Under the pieces are notes generated by a model. It was not told where the DNA came from. It saw nothing but the letters and a program-made list of their open reading frames with translations, and ran no database searches. A stretch of DNA of 36,609 nucleotides from Octopus bimaculoides (Eukaryota), in contig NC_068985.1 in NCBI RefSeq assembly GCF_001194135.2, forward strand, positions 46,422,761 to 46,459,369, read 5' to 3'. Below are positions 10,978 to 22,406 of this stretch, one piece after another. The position numbers were made by a program, and so were the translations under genes. How positions within the stretch are numbered: the first letter of the stretch is position 1; each line of letters opens with the position of its first letter.

Positions 10978-11354
10978 ATTCAGACTTACTCAATGTAATC
11001 ACATGAGATACTGGTGGGATATGTTTTATAGAAAGAAAACCTTTAAAATGATATTTTAGTAGGAGCCCTAATAAACCTAGTATATATTTTTAATTGCTGT
11101 TAAGGACCTTATCAATGAATGTTTATAAAATTTAGGTAGAATTGCAGCAAAGAAATTAACAGAGCTGTTGTTTAATGCTATTTTAAATTGCTGCATGATT
11201 TATCATTGAGATAATTTTCCAGATACATGAAACAATTATATCATTAGAATATGAAATATGAGTAAATATTCACACAGCAAGTCCTCTCTGTGGTTATACA
11301 TAGATCTTAATTAGTATGAAGACATGTATTGTTACAGTATTATTCAATTATTAT

Positions 11355-11972
11355 TCTTTCCTGGTTTTAGTCATTGGCTCTGTTGCCATGCTGAGGTAAT
11401 ACCTTCAAGTGTAACCATATCAGCTCAGTGCTTATTTCAGTCAGGTACTTATTCTATTGATCTCTGTTTTTCAAAAGGCTAAGTTACAGTTTATTTCATA
11501 AAGGAACACAACACCTGTCTACACTTGTAAACTTATTAAACAATGGGGTAAAAAATTAGGTATTAATTAATATCAATTTAATACCAGGCACCTAGCACAT
11601 TAAAATCATCAGGGAGATTCTTCTTCTAAGCACTTTACCAGTCCACCTAGTGGCCTCCTGTATATATACTCGTATATGTTTTTATATAAACACTTGTAAA
11701 CTTAAATAGGTATACACACACACACATAACTCATGCACATACATACAGACACGCGCACGCGCACACACACACACACACTCTCGCTTGCATGCACTCACTC
11801 ACACATACACACACACACATACTTACACACATACACAGGTACACATACAGTAATCTTCCTTTTAGTTTCTGTCTCTCAAATTTCACTTGCAAGGCGTTGG
11901 TCAATCCTAGGCTATAATAAAAGATACTTTTCCAAGGTGTTTTGTAGCAAGATCAAACCTAGAACTGCATGA
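11355..11972 (-). mobile_element. SINE family A, degenerate, with an expanded central (CA)-rich region
   Basis: The 3' half (tagtcattgg...gccatgctgagg...tacttattctattgatctc) lies at 11355-11520. The 5' half (caaggcgttggtcaatcctaggctataataaaagatacttttccaaggtg) lies at 11862-11972. Confidence 0.6.
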
Positions 11973-12129
11973 ATATCAAGCTTTGGATTGAAAAATTGCT
12001 TCAGTGTATGGTTACATTGTTGAATAGCTTATAATTATACCATCTTAATACAGATACCATTTTCATACAGAATCATTTCTTTTGACTAGAATAAGCTTAG
12101 TTAAAGTCAATATTGGCATCATTTAGTCT

Positions 12130-12400
12130 AGGTCCCAAAGCTTCAATTTCAAAAGAGTTTTTACATGTTCCCTGACTCTCAGATGATGTTTCAGTAACTT
12201 TGCTGTGCCTGACCTAATTTTATTCTTCTTCTCCTGATCATGGTGTTGAGGGGTCACTGATTTGTCGAGTTTTTGTCAATATTATTGGCTGCAATAGTCA
12301 TTGTTACAAAGTGGACATTGATATAAAGGGAAGATAATTCAGTTGGATAGGAATATAGCAGAGTATTTCTGTTTGAATGTACTGGTTCATGCACCAAGTT
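12130..12400 (-). mobile_element. Possible RTE-clade LINE ORF C-terminal remnant
   Basis: The minus frame gives TNQ*PLNTMIRRRRIKLGQ, resembling the RTE post-RT motif (…PISxxIRRRRLRWxGHV). The match is short and boundaries are approximate. Confidence 0.35.
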
Positions 12401-13444
12401 GATATACTACTTAGTATTATGTCTGTTTTCCATGCTCCCATGTGATGAACAGATACTTACGAAGTCAATTCTTTTTGGTAGCCACTGCTGTTATAGATTT
12501 GTGCTCATAGCTTTCACTTTTGGATGCTTTTCCTATCGATGCTTCTTCTACCAACACTAGAGTGCATATAATGTTCTTCATGTATTAAGAAGACTAAAAG
12601 GTCCTCTTGACCTTATTGCTTTCTCTGCTCATTTGTTTTCAAATTCCAAATTGCTGCAAATGGTCAACCTGAGACTATTGTAAAAGACATTCATCCTTGG
12701 TACTATTCAGTGAGATTGTATCCTGAATCATGGTGGAGCTAACTTCTTAAACACACAGCCATACTTTTATGCATTACTAAGTTGTTTCCATTTCAAATCT
12801 CAATTGACAACAGAAGAAAATATGGCATTTTCGTAAATTTCAGAGATTAACTGAGTAATTTTTCTCAGATGTTTTTAATGAGCACTTTGAGAGGGCTCTT
12901 CAGGTTATGCATGAAGATGTTTAAACATTTTCATACTAACTTGCTTAAAGACCTATCTCTGTCTCATAATAAAAAAAAACTGGCCCTATTCTAGTGTATG
13001 TTTAAATTACATTCTTGTAATGGGAAGTTACCATGTGACAATGAGTTGATTTTACATATATATATATCTATATATATATATATATATTTCTTTTTTCTTG
13101 AATAAATGCATAGAAAACAAAATTGATTAGGTGAAAGAATAGACATTGAACATTCTTTCAAAGGAATTGTGTGGCAAGTAAAGACCTCAGCATCATAGTT
13201 TGCATGTATAGTCAAGCTTCAGTGACTTAGAAGATATTTCCTTATGAAATTCAAACTAAATTGAATATGTGTCAAAATGGAGGTAACACAGGATATTGAA
13301 GCTTGTAGAATTTGTGACAGATGATGAGAAACAAGTTTATCTCTAGGATGTACAATGTTTAATTTATAAGCAGTTTGAATATAAGTTGAGGGGGAAAAAG
13401 AGGTATCAAAGCAATTGCTGATACAGTTTTATTTTATTTTATTT

Positions 13445-13676
13445 ATTTATGGCTGTTGTCATTGGACTGTGATCATGCTGGGACACCATTAAAAAGGGAT
13501 TTTGTTTGATGAAAATCAACCTCAGTAATTATTTTTTTAAAGTCTGGTATCTATTCTATTGGTTTGTTTTGCCAAACTGCTAAGTTACAAGTAATGTAAA
13601 CAAACACTGATTGTCAAGCACAGTCACATAAAAATCTAGAGAAAGATAGACAGATGCAGATGTGTACACTCATTAA

Positions 13677-13710
<34 letters not shown>

Positions 13711-13869
13711 TTATGGGCTCCTACTCAGTTACTGTCTACTCAATCCACTCAAAAAAAAGTTGTCAACCTGGAGATTATAATCAAGTAGAGTTGTCTCACA
13801 GTTGGCAGTAGGTGGATGAAACAGAAACCACATGGTTTTGAAGTGGACTTCTTAAACATACAGCCATGC

Positions 13870-13874
<5 letters not shown>
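13445..13874 (-). mobile_element. SINE family A, degenerate full-length
   Basis: 3' part gtcattggactgtgatcatgctgg...gccaaactgctaagttac; 5' part accacatggttttgaagtggacttcttaaacatacagccatgcctg. Confidence 0.65.
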
Positions 13875-13905
<31 letters not shown>

Positions 13906-13915
13906 NNNNNNNNNN

Positions 13916-13951
<36 letters not shown>

Positions 13952-13954
<3 letters not shown>

Positions 13955-14450
13955 AAACAGAGTTAGTGATTATAATAACCAACTAAGGGATAAAATATCC
14001 ATATATACTATCGGTATTCATTACCCGTATTGTCCCCCGGGCATTGGTGAGAAGGCACACCATACACACAGAGTGCAAGTAAGAACAGGGTAAACAAGAG
14101 TTTATCAGGAACCAATATGCAAATGCAAACTTGGACAATTTTTTTTGGTGAACTGGAGGACACCACCTTCTCCAGATTGAGCAGCTGTCTCACAGACTTT
14201 AAACTCCTCTCCATTCAATTATTCTACAACTCGCCTAATTATGGTTTTACAGTCAAAAGGGACATGGCTCTAATATTCTTTCTTTTCTTTTTCTTTTTTC
14301 ATTCCACTCTTTTTCCGCTCTACCTTCTTGTTTTTTTCTCATGATTTCTCTTGGCCATGTTCTCAGGGCTTGAGAAAACCTTGCTTAGACCTGCATCTTT
14401 AAGCAAGAAACTAATAATAGTTTGTATCTTTATACTGTGTACATTAAACA
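13952..14450 (-). mobile_element. Possible solo LTR inside a TA/TG microsatellite
   Basis: A complex block of about 500 bp bounded by TGT...ACA, with an ATAAA-like signal on the minus strand near 14103. No TSD found. Confidence 0.25.
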
Positions 14451-15419
14451 ACGTGTGTGTGTGTGTGTGAAGGTTAAATATATTTGTAAAGCAAATGAAT
14501 ACTGAGTAAAAAGTGTCATAAGTTCACAGAAAGAACAAAATTTATAGTAAAGGCAAACCAAATAAGTCTCCGTAAAAAGGTACTTTTTAGGTAAAATTTG
14601 AAAAATGCTAGAGGTCTTGTGGTTGAAATGACAGGATCAAGACATATATAGAGATATTGTATTGCACACCCATCAAATTCATTTCAATGTGATAGATAAA
14701 TCATGTTGGACGAAGTGATAATGGTGCTGGTAGTGGCAGTAGCAGCAGCTTTTTCTTAATAACTCTATGTATACACATTTACATTTAACAAGAGAGAGAA
14801 GACTGAAAATGTATCATTGCTGTCAAACAGATTTTTATATCATATCCCTTATCCACACTTCTATCTTAAGTCCCTTATTTTCCTCCCCACTAACATGATA
14901 TAGGGAACCTTAGATTATAAAAAAAACCTGACAGATTGACAGACAGGAAATATCACTCTATCATGATAAAATAAATAATAATAAAAATTAAAACCAAAAT
15001 CAGTTTCATAAACACCCCATCTGACTGAGATAAGGGATCTAAAGGAAATCAATATCCAACATTCACATTGTGGCACATTTCATTGTATGCAATGAAACCT
15101 TCAACAAACTGTTTCAGGCTACTCTTTGCAGATGTTTAGTTTCTTTGTTTTTCCTTTCTTTTAAGAATGGATTCAGTTTTTACAGATATGGCATTTAAAC
15201 TGGCCATATATCTGGCCCAAACATTCTAAATGCTTTATGATCAAGCTGGTCAGATCTAGTCTTGCATACCTACACTACAATATCATTTCAAAATTTAATC
15301 CTTTAATGTTTAAACCAGTCATATCCGGCCAAAATATTGTCCTGTTTTATGTTCAAACTGGCCAGATTTGGCCTTTCACACCTACCCTGAAATGTCATTC
15401 TAAAAAAAATAAACAATCA

Positions 15420-15857
15420 GGCACAGGAGTGGCTGTGTGGTAAATAGCTTGCTTACCAATCACATTGTTCCGGGTTCAGTCCCACTGCATGGCACCTTGG
15501 GCATGTGTCTTCTACTATAACCTTGGGTTGACCAAAGCCTTGTGAGTGGATTTGGTAGTTGAAAACTGAAAGAAACCTGTCATGTGTGTGTATATATATA
15601 TATATATATTATATATATATATATTATATATACATACATACATACATATGTGTGTGTGTATATGTTTGTTTGTCCCCCAACATCACTTGATAACCAATGT
15701 TGTTGCGTTTGTGTCCCTGTAACTTAGCGATTTGGCGAAAGAGACTGATAGAATAAGTACTAGGCTTACAAAGAATGAGTCCTGGGGTCAATTTGTTTGA
15801 CTAAAAGCAGTGCTCCAGCATGGCCACAGTCAAATGACTGAAACAAGTAAAAGAGTA
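15420..15857 (+). mobile_element. SINE family A, full-length, tRNA-derived
   Basis: A-box-like tggctgtgtgg, B-box-like gggttcagtccc, internal (TA/TG)n, and 3' end cagtcaaatgactgaaacaagtaaaagagta. Confidence 0.9.
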
Positions 15858-15931
15858 ATTACATCATTGAAATTTCAAAGCTACAAGATAATACATGATT
15901 AATGCAAAGCGATGTGAATAAATAAGCATGA

Positions 15932-16165
15932 TGGCACTGTCACGTGACTGGCACCTATAGTCATGGCACATAAAAGCACCCATGCCATTGGAATGTAAAA
16001 AGCACCCATTACACACTTGGAGTGGTTGGCATTAGGAAGAGCATCTAGCTGTAGAAACCATGCCAAATCAGACTGGACCTTGGTGCAGCTCTTATCAGTT
16101 CCGGTCATAATGTCTAATCCATTCCACCATGGAAAGCGGACACTAAATGATGATGATGATGATGA
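15932..16165 (+). mobile_element. Family D retroposon, 5'-truncated and diverged
   Basis: aaaagcaccc...ggagtggttggcattaggaagagcatctagctgtagaaac...catggaaagcggacactaaat(gat)n. Confidence 0.8.
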
Positions 16166-16534
16166 CAACATTTGACAGAATAATCTGAATGCTAAAGGGT
16201 TAACCAATCAACTCATCAAAATCTTGAAGCTATGAGATAACGCTTAATTAATTCAAAACAATGATGAATAAATGAGCATTGTATCTGATGGAGTAATCTG
16301 AATGCTAAAGGATTAAAGGACATGCACACTAAGAATGTTTATGCATGTGTGGGCAGTGTATTGTTTGAGCAAGGCATTTTGTGTTGTATTACTCCAGTCT
16401 ACTCAGCTGAGAGTGAGTATAACTCCAAAGCTTTCTCTCTCATGCTTGTGTCAGAGTGTTGGCAGCTCTTAGAAGTAGAGGGTGTCAATTCCAATAAAGC
16501 ATGAAATACTTCCAGAGATAATAAGACAACTACT

Positions 16535-16835
16535 AGTTCCCACTGTGTGGTACCTGGACAATAGTCTCAGGTCAACCAAAATGTTGTAAGTGAATTTGGT
16601 AGATGGAAACTGAAAGAAACCCATTGTGTGTGTGTTTGTCCTCCCTTCAATGCTTGACGGCAGGTGTTGGGGTGTTTTATGTCCCCATAACTTAGCGGTT
16701 CACATAAGAGGATGATAGAATAAGTACTAGGCTTTGAAAAAAAAGAGTACTGGTGTCAATTTGACTGACTAAAATTTTTCAGAGTGGTGTCCCAGCATGG
16801 ATGCAGTCTGATAACCAAAACAAGTGAAAAGTAAA
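16535..16835 (+). mobile_element. SINE family A, degenerate and 5'-truncated
   Basis: tggtagatggaaactgaaagaaaccc...gatagaataagtactaggc...cccagcatgg. Confidence 0.75.
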
Positions 16836-18810
16836 ACATCCATATAAGTAAATGTAAAACATATCCACCCATCCATCTAGATAGATAGATATGCTTACAC
16901 GTGCACACACACCCAAGACATGATGGTCATGGCTGGAATATGTTTGGGCATAAGTCTGCTTTGTCAGGGCTGACTTAAGGCTCAACAAAAACCAATAGCA
17001 ACCATAGATGGCTTTGAATAACTACATAAATAAGTAAGCTTTGCAAATTTAGACATGATTGTTTGTTGTGGGGTATTTTGCTTTTTTTTTTTTTTTTTTT
17101 TGATTGGTATCACCCTCCATTTACTTGTATTGTATTCTTTGATTTGGAAGAGTGGATGATTAAATTTTTTTAATTCTTAGACAAGCTTTGTCACTCAACT
17201 TGTGTCTTATAGTTTACTATATTGTTAGGCTAGCTATTATAAGTAGACCAGTTCTTTATTTTAGACACCCTAGTGTACCTTCTTCAGGATTAATTATTTT
17301 GGATATATATTTTCTATGACTGTAGTTTTTATATTGTGCTTATTTTGTAATCTACTAAAGAAGTTCTATAATCATGGAAGTCATATTTCTGGTTGTTTCT
17401 GACTAAACTGTATAGTATAAAAGTATCTCCATGGTTGCTCAACCTATCAGAAATAACAGTCAAATTCACTTAATTCACACTTGGGAAAGAAAGAACACAT
17501 TGAATAATGTTTCTAATGTACAAAAGCTATGTGTTTATGGCTGGAATGCTTTTGATCGACAATATATTTGTTGTATTCAATATTATACTTTCCATCATCT
17601 TCATACATTTGTTCTTTTCCATGCTGGCATGGGTTGAACAGGTTGAAAGACTATATTTCATCATAATCTTTGTGTTATGTTGGACCATACAGCAAGCAAA
17701 CAAGAAAACTCCACTGTGTATGTTTATGTATTCATTTATTTCCTTACAACACACATTACATTGATTCTTGGTTAGCTCACCACCACAAAACCCCTCACCA
17801 CAGGGTGTTTAAAAGGCAGAGAAAACGGTGGAATATGAGATGGTATATGTGAATGTTCATGTCATCAGGTCTTTGATTTATAGAACAGACAAATATGAGG
17901 TTGTAGAACATTCATGTCATGAAATGGCTACAACTGGGAGAACCAAAACCTAGGCTTAGAGAGAGAACTTATCTCACTTTCATATCACATACAGGAGAAA
18001 CTTTTTGTTTGGGTTCAAATCATTTTGCCAATAGAATATTTAAAAAAAAAAAAGAAGAAAGTTTTAAAAATGCCAAAAAAACTACAAAATGTATAAAAGG
18101 AAAACAAACTCTGTGCATATGATAATCTTTCCTGTCAATCTGCAGAGATATCACAGAATCTGGTCAAAAGTTGAACATCTGTTTACTACTGCTGGCTCTA
18201 CTTCAATCAATCATTATTGTGGCTGCCACAGACTTGTGGTGATAGTAGTAGCTACCACCACCACCACCACTGCCACTGTCAACCACAAACAGCTACAGGC
18301 ACTACCTCATAACTTGTTGTGAACCCTTTGTTACAAGCTTATATATATAGCTTTGACAATGTCTGAAGATCTTTTTTGCAGATAAGAGAAGCAAGGAAGT
18401 GGAAGATAGGCGGAGGAGGAAGAGGTTGGGAAGAGGTGGGAGAGAGGTGGGAGAGAGGATCTTTGTTTATGTTTACTAATTTTATCATTTATTTATTTAT
18501 ATTTTGATAAAACTCCCCCACTTACTGGTTACTTGGTTCCTTCTTTTGTATTATATCAAGAGTCAACTATTTATGAACCATTCACCCGTCTTTTTTTTTT
18601 TGACATTTGTTTAAACATCTGTTTCAAGAGGTTTTATAACTTTTGCACAAATTACTGGAGCAAGATGTGTGTGTCTCTTCTCTTCATGTAAACACTGTAT
18701 GGAAGGTCACACTTGGTTGAGGAGGATCCTTCACTGAACCTCACCTCTGGATGATATGGATAAATGGCTATGATTGGGAAGCTACCCAATTTCCAGCATA
18801 CTTAGTTTAT

Positions 18811-19207
18811 AGACAGGAGTGGCTGTGTGGTAAGTAGCTTGCTTACCAACCACATGGTTCCGGGTTCAGTCCCACTGCGTGGCACCTTGGGCAAGTGTCT
18901 TCTACTATTGACCAAAGCCTTGTGAGTGGATTTGGTAGACGGAAACTGAAAGAAGCCCGTCGTATATATGTATATATATATATGTGTATGTGTATTTGTG
19001 TGTCTGTGTTTGTCCCCCCACCATTGCTTGACAACCGATGCTGGTGTGTTTAGGTCCCCGTAACTTAGCAGTTCGGCAAAAGGAGACTAATAGAATAAGT
19101 ACTAGGCTTACAAAGAATAAGTCCTGGGGTCGATTTTCTCGACTAAAGGTGGTGCTCCAGCATGGCTGCAGTCAAATGACTGAAACAAGTAAAAGAGTAA
19201 AAGAGTA
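18811..19207 (+). mobile_element. SINE family A, full-length, low divergence
   Basis: Same layout as 15420. It retains CpGs (ttccgggttc, ctgcgtggc, gacggaaac), consistent with a younger copy. Confidence 0.9.
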
Positions 19208-19677
19208 TCCTGTGATAGAATAAGGGGAAAATCTGGATTCAAAGACAACTGGTGAGGGGTGTCTACATCACAGCAACAAAAGAGAATCAGAATAAGATTA
19301 ACTCTTGTGTCCTTATAACTAAGTCAGTGATAATGTCGTCAGATCATTGCATATTTAATTAGAAATAGTTATAGGTTAAGAAAAAGTCATCAGTTGTCAG
19401 AAATATTTGCAATGACAAACATTAAATTAGTGAATATTATTTTTAATCATTTTACTGAGTATAAGAGGAAACTCTAGATATATTTCGGTCCTGTTAGATC
19501 TCCTCAGTGGAACACTGTACATGCTATAATGGTTTTGGGAGTGAGAGAGAGAAAGTCAATAGATATACAATATTGTATTTGAGCGAGTCATATTGTTGGC
19601 TAGATAGACAGAAATATGAATGACGTACTGTAGGTTTTGTCTTAACCCAGTGCAGAGGAAACTTACCAGCATTATTT

Positions 19678-19998
19678 CATCATCATCATCATCGTTTAAC
19701 ATCCGTTTTCCATGCTGGCATGGGTTGGATGGTTCAACTGGGGTCTGGGAAGCCAGGAGGCTGCTCCAGGCCCCAATCTGATCTTGTAGTGTTTCTACAG
19801 CTGGATGCCCATCCTAACGCCAACCACTCTGAGAGTGTAGTGGGTGCTTTTTACGTGCCACCGGCACAAGGGGCCAGAGGAGCTGGCATTGACCACGATT
19901 GGATGGTGCTTTTTACATGCCACCGGCACAGAAGCCAGTCAAGGCAGCACTGGCATCATATCACTGGCACAGAAGCCAGTCAAGGTGGCACTGGCATT
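19678..19998 (-). mobile_element. Family D retroposon with internal tandem units
   Basis: (ATC)n, then gtttaacatccgttttccatgctggcatggg...gagagtgtagtgggtgc, then repeated ttttacrtgccaccggcac units. Confidence 0.85.
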
Positions 19999-19999
19999 A

Positions 20000-21480
20000 T
20001 ACTCTGCTCAAAAAGAATGATGAACATCATCTGTCAATTACTATCCTCTCAGTGGAGTCTGACTCACTAGCTGTAGTAGCCAAGTCAGAGACACACTGTG
20101 GAGCTAAAGGAAGTCTCATAATCTTATTTAACCCTCACACTTTATATCTATCCCTAACTTCTGCTGCTGTAGCCAACTCATCAAATTTGTTGAAGACATA
20201 ACTCAAATCACAGATAGAAACACTTATGGGTGGATGCTATCTATCTCAGTTTTGTCAAAACCAAGCCTTTATTCTTTGCCCCATAAATGGTTCATGGCAA
20301 GTTGCTCTGCAATGGGCATGAGAACTAATCTTTATAACTGGTAGAAGTCCTTCATTCTTGGTCAAAAACAGGAAGTCATGGTACTAGGGCAACATTCTGT
20401 ACCCTATGTAATGTCAGTCCTGTTTTTGGTCTACTGTTGCTTGTTGCATATATTAATGAAATAAATACTGGCTTGAAACATGGTTCTCTGTTGAAAAATG
20501 TAAATAACATTAACCCTTTTGTTACTGTATTTAGTTTGAGATGCTCTGTGTTTCTTTCAGTTACTTTAAATATATCAAAGAATTTAGTAAAATAACTTAT
20601 TTAACTTTCAGCTAGTGTTAGGAACATAAATTGTGACTAAGGTTTGGTGGAAGATTTTAATTCAAAACTTATGATAGCAAGACATTTCTGCTCAGAGCCA
20701 GGTTGTTAATGAAAGGGTTAACACTGAAATAAAAACAACGGATCTTATATGTGTTAGATTGAGCATGCAGTCTGACTGAAACTCAATGCAGCAATGGATT
20801 GCTGAATGACAATGCAAGCTGGCTTAGGACAAGTGCACCACTATGCAATCTGGAAAGGAAAACCTGGAATTTACCTACTCCCTCAATAATACCAATCTTA
20901 AGAAGTCTCTTGGTAAACACAACCTCAGCACCATTGTTAATGATCCGTGTTGGATGATACATATCTAAAATTGTCAAAAGGATTGAAGTTTTGTTAGCAT
21001 CACTCAGTAAGACCTTTGTTAGCCAGTCAATGGCTGTCTGTTTAAAGTTATTTAATGAAAGCTATGTATGGTATGTCCACACTTACAGTTAACATTTCCA
21101 GTCTGGAACCCCTCTCTTGTCCAGCATATCGATCTGCTGGAAGCTGTCCAGAGCCATGAAACCAGACAAATATCCTCTGTCATTTACTTACCATGTTCTA
21201 AATATCTTGCTTCTTTGGCTTTCACACACTAAAATTTTGTCATCATGCAACTGACTTGGCAATAGCCCATGAGATTATCCTCTAGCTTTCCAACAACTTT
21301 GGCCACCTTCCTGAATTCAGCATCTTTACCATCAATGAAAAAAAAAAAAAGCAGCACCCATGACTTTTGAAAACATTTTTCATGCTCACAATTGTTGAAG
21401 CATGAAATACACTACCTGCCTGTGTCAGTTGTTAGCTGCCGGGACACTGCATCCTTCAAAAAAAGAAGGGAAATTCCGTG
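20000..21480 (+). mobile_element. CR1/L2-group LINE ORF2 (reverse transcriptase plus C-terminus) remnant with stops and frameshifts, interrupted by a MITE
   Basis: Collinear CR1-type motifs: SQLIKFVEDITQ; LPHKW...NW*KSFILGQKQEVMVLGQHS; FGLLLLVAYINE; QQWIAE*QCKLA*DKCTTM; KIVKR...SKTF; CPHLQLTFPVWNPSLVQHIDLLEAVQS; EA*NTLP...SFKKR. Confidence 0.85.
20514..20717 (+). mobile_element. piggyBac-like MITE family B, copy 1, with TTAA TSD
   Basis: TTAA(20510-20513)-CCCTTT...AAAGGG-TTAA(20718-20721). It splits the CR1 RT near the position of the YADD-equivalent motif. Confidence 0.85.
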
Positions 21481-21528
21481 TTCCTGGAATTTGTCAACAC
21501 TACTGTGTACAGTACACTTCCCTCTTAA

Positions 21529-21743
21529 CCCTTTTGGTACCAACCTGGTTGGAACTGCCTCTGGCTCTGTAGTACAAATGTTGTTTTCAAAAGTTCTGAA
21601 TTAAAATCTTCCACCAAACCTTAGTCACAATTTATGTTCCTAACACTAATGATAACTAAGTTATTTTACTAAATTCTTTGTTATATTCAAAATTAATTGA
21701 AAGAAACACAGAGCATCTCAACAGAAGTATGGTGACAAAAGGG
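21529..21743 (-). mobile_element. piggyBac-like MITE family B, copy 2 (opposite orientation), with TTAA TSD
   Basis: TTAA(21525-21528)-CCCTTTT...AAAAGGG-TTAA(21744-21747). It is the reverse complement of copy 1. Confidence 0.85.
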
Positions 21744-21929
21744 TTAATGACCCCTTTTCTGTTTGTATGACTGTCATTTTGTGTTTTATCCTGTGTACTA
21801 TGTATGCTCTCTTTTGACTGTCATTACGATTTTCCTTTACTTGATTTATTGCTACTTCCTGCTCCCACTTTTTCAATCTTCTGACTTGTTGCAGTGTGCC
21901 TCAGCATAGTGTATAGTAAGCTCATCATC

Positions 21930-22081
21930 ATCATCATCGTCATTTAACGTCCGCTTTCCAAGCTAGCATGGGTTGGATGATTTGACTGAGGTCTGGTGAA
22001 ACCAGATGGCTACACCAGTCCTCAGTCAAATCGTTCAACCCATGCTAGCATGGAAAGCGGACGTGAAACGACGATCATGAT
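21930..22081. repeat. Palindrome (62-bp arms, 14-nt loop) made from a family D 3' end
   Basis: Arms 21937-21998 and 22013-22074 are reverse complements with 6 mismatches. Confidence 0.9.
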
Positions 22082-22352
22082 ATTATGTTATTATCATGTA
22101 AGCTGTAGGTCAGTAAGTTTTAATATTCCACTCTAATTCTAAACAAACATCACTGTCAGTCATTTGCAATCTTCCATGAAAATATGTCCAGCCATTGTGC
22201 TGTTTGTATTTAAAGAACTGACTATGGAAAAAATGTTATTTACCTTGCTTGGAAACAGTTGAGGACTAGCATCAAGATCTCCCTTTAGATAATCTACCAC
22301 AGCAAAATTAATCTGACTCATGCTAGCATAGAAAAGTGACTTTATAAAGCTG

Positions 22353-22406
<54 letters not shown>

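Larger units (their letters stand above)
15299..16199 (+). mobile_element. piggyBac-like MITE A, inner copy, with TTAA TSD (15295-15298 and 16200-16203); itself interrupted twice
   Basis: TTAA-tcctttaatgtttaaaccagtcatatccggcc ... taatctgaatgctaaaggg-TTAA. Confidence 0.8.
15190..16312 (+). mobile_element. piggyBac-like MITE A, outer copy (15190-15294 plus 16204-16312), interrupted by an inner copy
   Basis: The two halves join to the family-A sequence seen at 468-686. It ends gaatgctaaagga-TTAA (16313-16316). The 5' end is eroded. Confidence 0.7.

Noticed and set aside
18811-18890. tRNA-like A and B boxes
   Set aside because: These are SINE heads continuing into SINE body, with no complete cloverleaf, so they are not tRNA genes.
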